A stretch of 64,000 nt of DNA. It comes from Candidatus Eiseniibacteriota bacterium (GTDB lineage: Bacteria; Eisenbacteria; RBG-16-71-46). Shown one piece after another: positions 55,497 through 64,000 of the stretch. Position numbers and translations under genes: made by a program. Below the pieces are notes generated by a model. That model worked only from the letters and a program-made list of their open reading frames with translations. It made no database searches and was not told where the DNA came from. The stretch spans positions 768,001-832,000 of the forward strand of contig CAVSAC010000010.1 of NCBI GenBank assembly GCA_963725865.1, given 5' to 3'. Position 1 is the stretch's first letter. Every line of letters starts with the position of its first letter.

Positions 55497-56968
55497 CGCG
55501 ACGCTCCCGCTCGATCGAGCCAGCCACCGCGGAAGCCGGCGGCACGCAGCCCGCGCACCAGATGCGGACTCTTGCGCATGGTCCGCCAGATCAGGTCGCT
55601 GCGCCAGTTCTCGATCATGCACAGGATGGGGCCCTGGTCGATGCCGAGGTAGTCGGTGTCGAACCAGCCCACGCCCGGCACGACGCGGCCGTGCTGGGTC
55701 GGCATCGCCTCGTCGAGCGTGGGGTTGAAGGCGTCGAGGAATCCATAGCGGGCGAACAGGTGCTCACCGTAGCGATCGTGCATCGCCATCAGGGTCGGGA
55801 TCACGATCTCGGGCGCGAACGCGATCGAGCCGCCGGCCGCGGTCGGGGTCAGCGTGCCGTCGTCCGTGACGCGGTCGTGGCTGGCTCCACGTGCGGCGTA
55901 GGTCTCGAAGAACCGCTCGCGTCCGCCGACCGTCACCGTGCCGTTGAGGGGACCATCGCAGGCGCTCAGTCCCCAGCCGTCGGCGCCGTATCCGCGATAG
56001 CCGCCCGGGTTCGCGAGCGCGTAGCTGCGCTGCGCGAGCGTCGCGCGCCGCGAGTTCTCGAAGTAGTCGATGCCCTTGCTCCGCATGAACGCGTCCTGGA
56101 TGCCGCGGAAGTCGATCCAGACGTGCGAGTACTGGTGCGCGAACAGCGGATTGAAACCCAGGTACTCCTGGCCCTGGAACGTGCCCCACTGGTAGTCCCG
56201 CGTCCACGCCGTCCAGACGTCGCCCGCGGCGGGGTGCGACGGCGAGCCGAGCGCGAGGACGTGGAGCAGCATGGTCTCGTTGTAGCCGCGCCAGTCGTAC
56301 GGCATCAGGCCGCCCTCGGGATCCCAGCCCAGCACGATGGTGGGCGGGCGCACCTGCGTCCAGCCGAAGTCCACGCGCAGGTAGATCGAGTCCGCGAGCG
56401 CGCGGATGCGCGCCTCCCGGGGATCGCGGCGGTCGAAGTAGCCCTGGCAGAACAGCACGCCCCCCAGCAGCAGCGCAGTGTCCATCGTCGAGAGCTCGAC
56501 CTTCTCGAATCGCGTGCCGGTCTCCGGGTCGAGGAAATGGTAGTAGAACCCGCGGTAGCCGGTGCAGCCGCTCGCGGCGGTGTCCTGGCGCGCCGTCCAC
56601 AGGAACTCGAGCGTGCGCAGCGTGCGCTCGGCCGCCTGTCGGCGGGTGACCCAGCGGCGCTCGGCGCCGATCGGATAGGCGCTCAGCCCGAAGCCCATCG
56701 CCCCGGTGCTGGCGAACGAGCGGGTGGGCCAGCGGTCCGGCACCATCCCGGTGCGGGGGTCGGCGAGGTCCCAGAACCACTGGAACGTCCGGTGCTCGAG
56801 CGTGTCGATGAACGCGAGCTGGACGGCGGTCGGCGTGAACCGCGGCGGGGCGGCGGAACCTCGCAGCGTGGCGCTGCACGCCGCCGGGGCGAATGCGAGC
56901 GCCAGCAGCAGGACGCCGCGCACGAGGTCGCGGAAGCGGATCGGGGTGCGGCGGGTCCCTGCCGGCAT
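55493..56968 (-). CDS. GH144 endo-beta-1,2-glucanase-like ('glucoamylase family') protein, probable lipoprotein
   Basis: GFYYHF, ELSTMDTALL, WRGYNE, PLFAHQYSH.WIDFRG, DYFENSRRAT, WGLSACDG, YGFLDAFN and LGIDQGP. Confidence 0.85.
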   Translation of the reverse strand: MPAGTRRTPIRFRDLVRGVLLLALAFAPAACSATLRGSAAPPRFTPTAVQLAFIDTLEHRTFQWFWDLADPRTGMVPDRWPTRSFASTGAMGFGLSAYPIGAERRWVTRRQAAERTLRTLEFLWTARQDTAASGCTGYRGFYYHFLDPETGTRFEKVELSTMDTALLLGGVLFCQGYFDRRDPREARIRALADSIYLRVDFGWTQVRPPTIVLGWDPEGGLMPYDWRGYNETMLLHVLALGSPSHPAAGDVWTAWTRDYQWGTFQGQEYLGFNPLFAHQYSHVWIDFRGIQDAFMRSKGIDYFENSRRATLAQRSYALANPGGYRGYGADGWGLSACDGPLNGTVTVGGRERFFETYAARGASHDRVTDDGTLTPTAAGGSIAFAPEIVIPTLMAMHDRYGEHLFARYGFLDAFNPTLDEAMPTQHGRVVPGVGWFDTDYLGIDQGPILCMIENWRSDLIWRTMRKSPHLVRGLRAAGFRGGWLDRAGASR

Positions 56969-56976
56969 GGGCTCTC

Positions 56977-58038
56977 CTAGCGGCGTAACGGCTCCGCGAG
57001 TCGGGTGCGGTCCCATCGTGGCCGCGTCTCGCCGGGGGCCGGGGACTGGGCGCCGCACGACGAGCGCACGACCAGCGTCGTGGCGAGCACCTCGTGTCCG
57101 CCCTCCGCGGGCGCCGGGCCTTGTCCGTCCAGCAGCAGGCGCACCGCGCGCTTGCCGAGCTCCAGCATCGGAACGTTCACGGTCGTGAGCGGCGGCGTGA
57201 GGTAGCGCGACATCTGGATGTCGTCGAAGCCCACGATCGCGATATCGTCGGGCACGCGCACGCCGGCGTCCTGCATGGCGCCGAGCGCACCGATCGCCAT
57301 GTAGTCGTTCGCAACGAAGACGGCGGACGGGCGCGGCTCGCAGCGCAGCAGCTCGGCGGCCGCGTCGTAGCCCGAGGGCTCGCTGAAATCGCCCCGGAAC
57401 TCCAGGTCGGTCGCCGGCTCCAGGCCCGCCTCGTGCAGGGCCGCACGCCAGCCCTCGAGACGCTGGCGCGCGTCGATGTTGGGGGCCGGTCCGGTGATCG
57501 TCGCGATGCGCCGATGCCCGAGGCCGAGCAGATGGCGCACGATCGACTTCGCCCCTTCGAGGTTGCCGATCGAGATGGCGTGCAGGCCCGGCAGCGCCAC
57601 CTCGGGGTTCACCAGCACCGTCGTCACCTGACCCGCACTCTGCCGCAGCGCGCCGGAAGCGTCCACGTCGGGCGCCATCACGATGAGCCCGTCGACCCGC
57701 CCGCGCATGGAGCGCAGGGCCGCGATCAGCTCGTCCGCGCTCGACGACGAGCGCGAGACCAAGAGGTGGAAGCCCTTCTCGCGCGCCGCCACGTCGATGC
57801 CGTGGATGACCTCGGAGAAGAACTCCCCGTGCAGGTCCGGCAGCAGCGCGCCCAGCGTGTGCGTGCGGCTGGTGATGAGGCTGCGCGCGATGCCGTTGGG
57901 CCAGTAGCCCAGGTGCGCCGCGGCCTCGACCACGCGCAGGCGCGTGTCCTCGCTCACCAGCGGACTGTCGTTGAACACGCGGGACACCGTCGCGATCGAC
58001 ACGTTGCTCGCGCGGGCCACGTCACGGATGGTCGCCAT
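56977..58038 (-). CDS. LacI-family transcriptional regulator
   Basis: MATIRDVARASNVSIATVSRVFN HTH, hinge YWPNGIARSL, VPDDIAIVGFDD and LVVRSSCG. Confidence 0.95.
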   Translation of the reverse strand: MATIRDVARASNVSIATVSRVFNDSPLVSEDTRLRVVEAAAHLGYWPNGIARSLITSRTHTLGALLPDLHGEFFSEVIHGIDVAAREKGFHLLVSRSSSSADELIAALRSMRGRVDGLIVMAPDVDASGALRQSAGQVTTVLVNPEVALPGLHAISIGNLEGAKSIVRHLLGLGHRRIATITGPAPNIDARQRLEGWRAALHEAGLEPATDLEFRGDFSEPSGYDAAAELLRCEPRPSAVFVANDYMAIGALGAMQDAGVRVPDDIAIVGFDDIQMSRYLTPPLTTVNVPMLELGKRAVRLLLDGQGPAPAEGGHEVLATTLVVRSSCGAQSPAPGETRPRWDRTRLAEPLRR

Positions 58039-58103
58039 GCCGCCTCTCGTCTCACGCGTCCGTCGACGGCCACGCGCGATGCGCGGCCGACGCGGCGCAG
58101 TCG

Positions 58104-59687
58104 CTACTCCAGCCGCACGCTCTTCGCGGTCTGGACCTGGTCGCCGGCTTGGAGCCGGTAGTAGTACACGCCGCTGGCGAGTCCACGGCCGTCGAACCCC
58201 ACCGCGTGCTCGCCCGCCCCCTGCTCGCCGTCCACGAGCCGCGCCACTTCGCGCCCCGCGAGGTCGTAGAGGCCGAGCCGCACGCGCATCGCCTGGGGCA
58301 GCCGGAAGCGCACCGTGGAGCCCTCGCGGAACGGGTTCGGAGCCGCCGACAGCGTCAATCGGATCGACGCCGCCGGCGCCGGATCGACCGCCAGCACCGG
58401 CAAGAAGCCGGCGCGGTAGAGCCCCATCGCGATGTCCGGATTGCGCATGAAGCGCGACCAGATCGCGTTGGTGCGGTAGTTCTCGATCATGAGGACGATC
58501 GGCCCCTGGTCGATGCCGAGGTAGTCGATGTCGTACCACTCCGGCGACTGCGACAGATTGTATGCGTCCACGAAGCCGTAGGGTCCCCACATGAAGTTGC
58601 GGTAGTAGGTCCACAGGAACTGCGCTGCCGCGATGCAGGTGTCGGGCGCGAACGGCATCGAGCTGAGCGCCGCGGTCGGCGCCAGCGTGCCGTTGTCGTT
58701 CTGGGTCGGCGGCGCGCCGTGCGCGAGGTAGCCGCTGATCGGATCGTCACACGCGGTCAGACCCCACAGGTTCTCGCCGTAGCCGACGCGATTGAGCGGG
58801 TTGCGGGTGCAGTAGCGGCGCTGGGCCATCGTGGCGCGGCGCGAGTTCTCGAAGTAGTCGATGCCCTTCCCCTGCATGTAGGTGTCCCGGATGCCGCGGA
58901 AGTCGATCCAGCAGTGCGAGTACTGGTGGCCGAACAGCGGCGGGAACAGCACGTACGTGAGCCCGTACTGCGTCGCCCACGTGTAGCCGCTGGTCCACCG
59001 GGTCCACGCCGTGTCCGGCACCGGGTGGGTGGGAGAGCCGAGTGCCAGGATGTAGAGGATCATCGCCTCGTTGTAGCCGACCCACTCGCCGAAGGTCGTG
59101 AAGCCGCTCTCGGGCTTCCACCCCATCAGGATCCCCGCGTTCCCGTTGCGCATGAAGTCCCAATCGGCGCGGTAGTAGATCGAATCGGCCAGCGCGCGGA
59201 TCCGTACCTCGGCGGCGTCGCCTGCGTCCGTGAAGTACATCTTGCAGTCGAGGATGCCCGCGAACAGCAGCGCGGTGTCGATCGTGGACAGCTCGCTCGA
59301 CCACTCGCGCAGGCCGGTGTCCATCTTGAGGAAGTGGTAGTAGAGCCCGCGGTACCCCATCGCGTTGGTGGTCGACGTGCCCTGCGGCCCGTTCCAGAGC
59401 GTCTCGAGCGCCGTGCGCACCCGGCCGCGGCCCTCGGCGCGCGTGATCCAGCCATGGTCGATGGCCACGCAGATCGCGGACAGGCCGAAGCCCTCCGACG
59501 CGATGCTGCAGGGCGACGTGGGAACGCTGCGGTCCGGCATCAGGCCGGACACCGGGTTCATCTCGTTCCAGAAGTAGTTGAACGCGGAGTGCTGCAGGGT
59601 GTCCAGCAGCACTTCGGTCGGGAGCTGTGCCCGTGCCGGGGCCGCGACGGCGAGCAGTGCGATCAGTGCGAGGATGCTGCGTCTCAT
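58104..59687 (-). CDS. Second GH144-like glucanase with C-terminal T9SS-A/FlgD-like sorting domain
   Basis: Same GH144 motifs (ELSTIDTALL, GYNE, HQYSHCWIDFRG, YLGIDQGP). C-terminal APNPF...LYDLAGREV...LASGVYYYRL...KSVRLE. Confidence 0.85.
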   Translation of the reverse strand: MRRSILALIALLAVAAPARAQLPTEVLLDTLQHSAFNYFWNEMNPVSGLMPDRSVPTSPCSIASEGFGLSAICVAIDHGWITRAEGRGRVRTALETLWNGPQGTSTTNAMGYRGLYYHFLKMDTGLREWSSELSTIDTALLFAGILDCKMYFTDAGDAAEVRIRALADSIYYRADWDFMRNGNAGILMGWKPESGFTTFGEWVGYNEAMILYILALGSPTHPVPDTAWTRWTSGYTWATQYGLTYVLFPPLFGHQYSHCWIDFRGIRDTYMQGKGIDYFENSRRATMAQRRYCTRNPLNRVGYGENLWGLTACDDPISGYLAHGAPPTQNDNGTLAPTAALSSMPFAPDTCIAAAQFLWTYYRNFMWGPYGFVDAYNLSQSPEWYDIDYLGIDQGPIVLMIENYRTNAIWSRFMRNPDIAMGLYRAGFLPVLAVDPAPAASIRLTLSAAPNPFREGSTVRFRLPQAMRVRLGLYDLAGREVARLVDGEQGAGEHAVGFDGRGLASGVYYYRLQAGDQVQTAKSVRLE

Positions 59688-59732
59688 GGGTGCCTTTCCC
59701 GTCGATGCGATGCGCGAGGGTGCCGCGACCAC

Positions 59733-60761
59733 CTAGAACGCCAGTCCCACGGAGAATCGGTGCGTGCTGCCCAGCCGCCCGTGGTCGGCCCAGGCGTAGT
59801 CCACTCGATACGAATACACGTCCAGCTTGCCCTTCAGGCCGCCGCCGGCCGCGAGTCCGACCTCGGAGTCCTTTCCGATGAACGCGTCCTGATAGCCGAA
59901 GCGCACCGCCAGCATGTCGCGGACCTCGTACTCGGCGCCGCCGCTCAGGCTCTCGCTGTTGTCGTTCGGGTGCGTCGCGCTCACGGCGAGGGTGAGCCGC
60001 TGCCGATAGCCGACCCGCAGTGGCTTCGCCAGCCCGACGCGGAACCGCACCGGCACCGAGTACGAGTCCGTGAACACGTCGCCCGGCAGGTTGCCGTTGT
60101 CCCCGTTGACGTTCGTGTTCGCGTCGTACGTGATGCGAAGATCACGGCCCGAGAAGTTCCCCTGGGTGCCGAAATTCGTCAGGCTCGCTCCCAGCCGCAC
60201 GCCGTTCTCGGACGTCCGGAAGATGGTCCCGATGCTGACGGTTCCCGCCGACATCGTGGTGTGCCAGATGGTCTCCTGCAGGTAGTTGAACTGCACCCCG
60301 GCGGTGAAACGGTCGGTGACCGCGAGCCCGTAGCCGATGCCGAGCGCGAGGTCGTTGACCGAGAACTTCTCCCCCGTGCCGAGCGGCGCGTCCACGGTCC
60401 GCACGTCGAGGTCGCCGGAATTGAGCGCTGTCACGGTGGCGAAGCCGGTGCCCCAGCGGCCGAGCGGCAGCACGCCGGCGACGTAGTCGTACGAGATGTC
60501 CGCGAGCCAGGCGCTGTGGCTGAACTCGACGCCGTAACGATCGATGCGCCCGATCGCGGCCGCGTTGTAGTACACGGCATCGATGCCGTCGTCGAGCGCG
60601 ACTCCGGCATTGCCCAGGCCGGCGATCCGTGCGCTCGGCTCGATCTCGAGGAAGGTGCCGATGGTGGTCCCGGTCTTGGACTGTCCCCATACCGGCACGA
60701 CGGCGACACCCAGCAGCAGCATGGCCGCCACGATGGACTTGATCATGCGCGCCCCGTTCAC
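59733..60761 (-). CDS. PorV/PorQ-family (FadL-like) outer-membrane beta-barrel
   Basis: Signal peptide; KTGTT..TFLEIEPSAR..GLGNA, AVYYNAA and SHSAWLADI; C-terminal THRFSVGLAF. Confidence 0.8.
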   Translation of the reverse strand: MNGARMIKSIVAAMLLLGVAVVPVWGQSKTGTTIGTFLEIEPSARIAGLGNAGVALDDGIDAVYYNAAAIGRIDRYGVEFSHSAWLADISYDYVAGVLPLGRWGTGFATVTALNSGDLDVRTVDAPLGTGEKFSVNDLALGIGYGLAVTDRFTAGVQFNYLQETIWHTTMSAGTVSIGTIFRTSENGVRLGASLTNFGTQGNFSGRDLRITYDANTNVNGDNGNLPGDVFTDSYSVPVRFRVGLAKPLRVGYRQRLTLAVSATHPNDNSESLSGGAEYEVRDMLAVRFGYQDAFIGKDSEVGLAAGGGLKGKLDVYSYRVDYAWADHGRLGSTHRFSVGLAF

Positions 60762-63700
60762 TTGATCACCGCGAACTTGCCCACGTACTCCCCGAGCCCC
60801 GGGGCGTCGACGTGGAAGATGTAGAGCCCCGGCGCGACGTCCAGGTTGTCCTTGGTCCGGAGATTCCAGGGCGTGAAGCCGCTGTTGGAGCCATCCTGGC
60901 GCAGCGTCTGCACCAGGTCGCCGTGGACCGTGTAGATGCGGACCACGGCTCCGAGCGGCAGCGCGCGGAACTCCACGCGGCGCTCGCCGCGGCCCGAGGT
61001 GGCGAAGCGCGCCGGCTCGAAGGACGCCGAGCCCAGGTACGGATTCGGCACCACGTAGGGCTTCTGGCTCCAGGCTCCCTTCGCCGCGGCCGGGTCGATG
61101 CGCTGACCGACCGTCGTGAACGTGAGCGTGTCTCCGAGCGTGTAGGGGTGCCGTACCTTCAGCTCGAACACGTCACCGATCGTCGGGGCGATCACGGGTT
61201 GCGGCAGGCCGACGCCGCTGGTGTCGAACTTGACCTCCCAAGTAGCGAGCGAGTCCAGCCCGCTAGGGGGGGCCACCGGCACTCCTGGCGCGTCGGTCAA
61301 GATCCAGATGAACTCGCCCGGCTTGTCCAGCGTCCCGTTGGTCGGCGCCAGCTCGTTGTAGAGGAAGCGCAGTCGGCGGTCGCCGGAGTCGGTGTGCGCG
61401 GTGATGAAGAACTTCGCCGGCACGTGGGTCCGCCACTGGAACGAGGTCGTCACCTGCGACGTGTCGCGATAGGTGCTGTCGAACGTGATCGTGATGTTGT
61501 CGGGATATCCGGGCCGCCGCAGATTGCGCTCCAGCGTGGTGAGCGTGGTGGTCTTCAGGCGCACGTTCGCCGAGCTCGTCGCCGTGAAGTGGGTGTTCAC
61601 GGAGTCGAGCACGGGAATCACCGGAATCCCCACGATCGGCAGGAGCCCGAGCGCGGTGGGCCCGATGCCCTCGCCATCCAGGTCGAATCCGCTCTTGAAC
61701 AGCAGCCTGTGCGTGTTGTCGTCGATCAGGCTGTAGGACGTGGCCCGGATGCTGTCCGGGGCGGGGATCGCGAACCCGATCTTGAACAGGTGGCCGTCCG
61801 GGACGACCGCCGGATTCACGATCTCGACCCGCGCGGTTCCGCTGCCGGTGCCCGAGAAGGGCTGGACCGCGGCGGCGCTCGGCGGCGTCCAGCCTCCGGT
61901 CTTGGGCTCGGGGCGCACCGCGACCACGTCGCGCGGCAGGATGACGCCGCCGCGGGGTGTCCGTGACACCGTGATCGCGTTCTCCGAAGGGAAGAACGCG
62001 AGCGAGTCGGGCGTGTCCGGCGGCGAGCCGAAGTCGTAGGCGGTCACCGCATAGTAGTAGAGTTGCCCGTTCACCGCCGTGGAGTCGGTCCAGTAGTGCC
62101 TGATCCCGGTCTCGTTGCCGAGGAAGTACGCCACGCCCTCCACGGTGAAGCGCGAGTTCCCGCGGATGCCGTCCTTCAGGTCGAGCTGGAGGTCCGGATC
62201 GCCGTTCTGCGGCAGCTCGTTGCCGCGACTCGAGACCAGCACCTTCTTGTCCCGGAAGTCGGGGTCGGTCGAGCGGTAGACGCGGTAGCCCTCGAAGTCG
62301 AAGACGTTCGTCACCGGGTCGGGCGACAGCTCCGCGGCATCGTCCCACGCCAGCATCACCTTGTGGTCGCCCACGTCGGCCGTCACCGTCGGGAGTGTCG
62401 GCGGCACGGCGAACTGGTAGTTCGCGTTGTAGATCAGCTGCACGGTGTGAATGGTCTCGCGCAGGCCGAACAGGTCGTCGCCGAACCCCAGCGCGAGGCT
62501 GAAGCGCTCGCGCAGGTGCGAGCGGAGCTGGAACGGCCCCGACGCGAAGAAGAACCCGATGTTGTAGTTCAGCGCGACCGCGGAGTCGAAGCGCGCCGCC
62601 ACATTGGATGCGGTGAACTTCGCATACAGCTCGCGGGGTCCGTCCCAGCCGCTGAGCTCGAAGAACACGACGTGATCGAGCGGGTTGGAGGTACTGACGG
62701 GCCCGATGCGGTTCATCTTGAAGCCCGTCAGCCCGATCAGGTCAGACTCGTCGATGTCCGTCCGATCGAACGCCGGCTCGCCCGCGGTCGGCTCGCCGTC
62801 GCCCTCGCCGACGTCGTGCGTGTTGGGGACCCCATCCACGCCGACGTCGCTGTAGTCGGGGCTCCAGTCCAGGTCCTCGTCCCCGGTCCACCAGCGGCTG
62901 GCGCGGTAAGCCGGCCGGTTCTCCAGCGGCCCGAACGCCGCGACGAACTTGGCCATGTCGTAGTGCGTGTTCACGTAGTCGCGGATGCTGTCGCGCCCAG
63001 TGATGATGAAGCCCTTGCCCGAGTCCCGTGCCTCGTCGACGATGCCGTCGTTGTCGTTGTCGGCGCCGTCGAACGGATTGCCCGGCGTCTCGAGGTACGC
63101 ATAGCCGAGGTAACCGGTCGGAGCGCAGCGGCTGGCGAGGTCCACGCCATTGCCGTTGTTGTCCCAAGTGTAGACCAGGTTCAGGCCGAAGGACTTGTCG
63201 AAGTAGGCGTTGTCGTCGTCGGACTCGTAGTTCTGGTTGCAGCTCGAGAGCGCCGAGCCGCCGACACCCGAGTCCATGTAGAGCCCGAAGATGACGTTGT
63301 TGTCGTAGTTGACCGTCCCCTCATTCGTGATGTCGTAGTGCCAGAAGATCACGTTCCCGGCCTGCGGATTCGCCCACTGGAATCCACGCACCTCGACGCG
63401 CAGGCCCAACCCGCGGCGCGTGTCGTCCGTCGAATCGGGAAAGTAGTCGAACCAGTAGTCGTACATGTCGTCGTCCATGACCGTGAACGACTCCTGATCG
63501 GCGGCCGGCCGCTTGCCGAAGTAGCCGTCCCACGACTTCGGCCAGCCCGGGTCGGTGACGTCGTCCAGCTTGTCCGGCCACCGGTCCGGCCAGGTGCGCG
63601 CGTCGTGACTCATCGCGACCGAGCGTCCCTGGTTGATGCCGAGGTTGGACTGGAAGTACCCGGGCCGCGGCTCGAAGCGGATCATCTGCGTCAGCGCGTT

Positions 63701-64000
63701 GAACGCCTGGCGCTCGCGGTAGCCGGTCTCCATGATGTACGGGTACTCAACCACGTCTTGGAGCTGGACGAGCACGAACGGCGTGATGCCGTCGCTGTAG
63801 TTCATGCCGGTGCCCCGCGGCACCTCGACCGAGTGGAACGACGTCAGGTCCACGTCGGAGCCCTGGAAATCCCCGACCATGCCGAAGTTGTAGAACAGCG
63901 TGCGGAGGTTGTTCGCGTCGTGCTGGCCCGAGTGCTCGTACTGACCTCCGTTGCTGCGCTCGGCTTTCGGTACCGGCAGCGGCACGTCGGCGGCTGCAGC
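60758..64000 (-). CDS. Large (>1080 aa) secreted protein with Asp-rich Ca-binding-like motifs and a CTD-like C-terminus (5' end outside window)
   Basis: Frame is open to the window edge. DGADNDNDGIVDE, DVGVDG...GEGDG.PT.GEP and FEGYRVYRSTD; C-terminal YVVPNPY...IYTVHGDLV...WNL...GLYIFHV...GKFAVIK. Confidence 0.85.
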   Translation of the reverse strand, partial: AAAADVPLPVPKAERSNGGQYEHSGQHDANNLRTLFYNFGMVGDFQGSDVDLTSFHSVEVPRGTGMNYSDGITPFVLVQLQDVVEYPYIMETGYRERQAFNALTQMIRFEPRPGYFQSNLGINQGRSVAMSHDARTWPDRWPDKLDDVTDPGWPKSWDGYFGKRPAADQESFTVMDDDMYDYWFDYFPDSTDDTRRGLGLRVEVRGFQWANPQAGNVIFWHYDITNEGTVNYDNNVIFGLYMDSGVGGSALSSCNQNYESDDDNAYFDKSFGLNLVYTWDNNGNGVDLASRCAPTGYLGYAYLETPGNPFDGADNDNDGIVDEARDSGKGFIITGRDSIRDYVNTHYDMAKFVAAFGPLENRPAYRASRWWTGDEDLDWSPDYSDVGVDGVPNTHDVGEGDGEPTAGEPAFDRTDIDESDLIGLTGFKMNRIGPVSTSNPLDHVVFFELSGWDGPRELYAKFTASNVAARFDSAVALNYNIGFFFASGPFQLRSHLRERFSLALGFGDDLFGLRETIHTVQLIYNANYQFAVPPTLPTVTADVGDHKVMLAWDDAAELSPDPVTNVFDFEGYRVYRSTDPDFRDKKVLVSSRGNELPQNGDPDLQLDLKDGIRGNSRFTVEGVAYFLGNETGIRHYWTDSTAVNGQLYYYAVTAYDFGSPPDTPDSLAFFPSENAITVSRTPRGGVILPRDVVAVRPEPKTGGWTPPSAAAVQPFSGTGSGTARVEIVNPAVVPDGHLFKIGFAIPAPDSIRATSYSLIDDNTHRLLFKSGFDLDGEGIGPTALGLLPIVGIPVIPVLDSVNTHFTATSSANVRLKTTTLTTLERNLRRPGYPDNITITFDSTYRDTSQVTTSFQWRTHVPAKFFITAHTDSGDRRLRFLYNELAPTNGTLDKPGEFIWILTDAPGVPVAPPSGLDSLATWEVKFDTSGVGLPQPVIAPTIGDVFELKVRHPYTLGDTLTFTTVGQRIDPAAAKGAWSQKPYVVPNPYLGSASFEPARFATSGRGERRVEFRALPLGAVVRIYTVHGDLVQTLRQDGSNSGFTPWNLRTKDNLDVAPGLYIFHVDAPGLGEYVGKFAVIK

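Noticed and set aside
55493..59687. Near-identical DNA stretches between the two GH144 genes (e.g. around DYFENSRRAT and IDFRGI)
   Set aside because: Explained by conserved protein motifs in paralogs under strong codon bias; not a repeat element or a DGR template/variable pair (no reverse transcriptase present).

Overview
High-GC bacterial window with about 45 genes. I found no tRNA, rRNA, CRISPR array or mobile element. FlgD/T9SS-A-like C-terminal domains, a PorV-like barrel and '(T/S)WGxxKxxYR' tails suggest a diderm FCB-related candidate lineage such as Ca. Eisenbacteria (inference only). 1-21 kb holds a 12-13-heme cytochrome c plus outer-membrane beta-barrel pair, a CopD-like protein, glnS, speA, a Met/Cys gamma-lyase, a PIG-L deacetylase, an OPT transporter, an M3 peptidase, a GT39-like transferase, a small CTG-start protein missed by the ORF track, and a secreted GH44. 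21.7-38.5 kb holds a complete reductive pyrimidine catabolism operon converging on aceB-aceA-ppsR, with a divergent RamB/ScfR-type regulator. 40-64 kb is a large putative beta-1,2-glucan utilisation locus: GH35, GH94, GH1, a discoidin-domain hydrolase, an ABC transporter, two GH144s, LacI, a PorV-like barrel and a >1000-aa CTD protein. Inside it sit two tandem uncharacterised secreted paralogs with a WGxxKxxYR tail, downstream of a LacI-type operator whose near-identical twin lies inside the GH94 coding sequence. Seven genes are interrupted by 16 apparent single-base insertions, probably sequencing or assembly artefacts.
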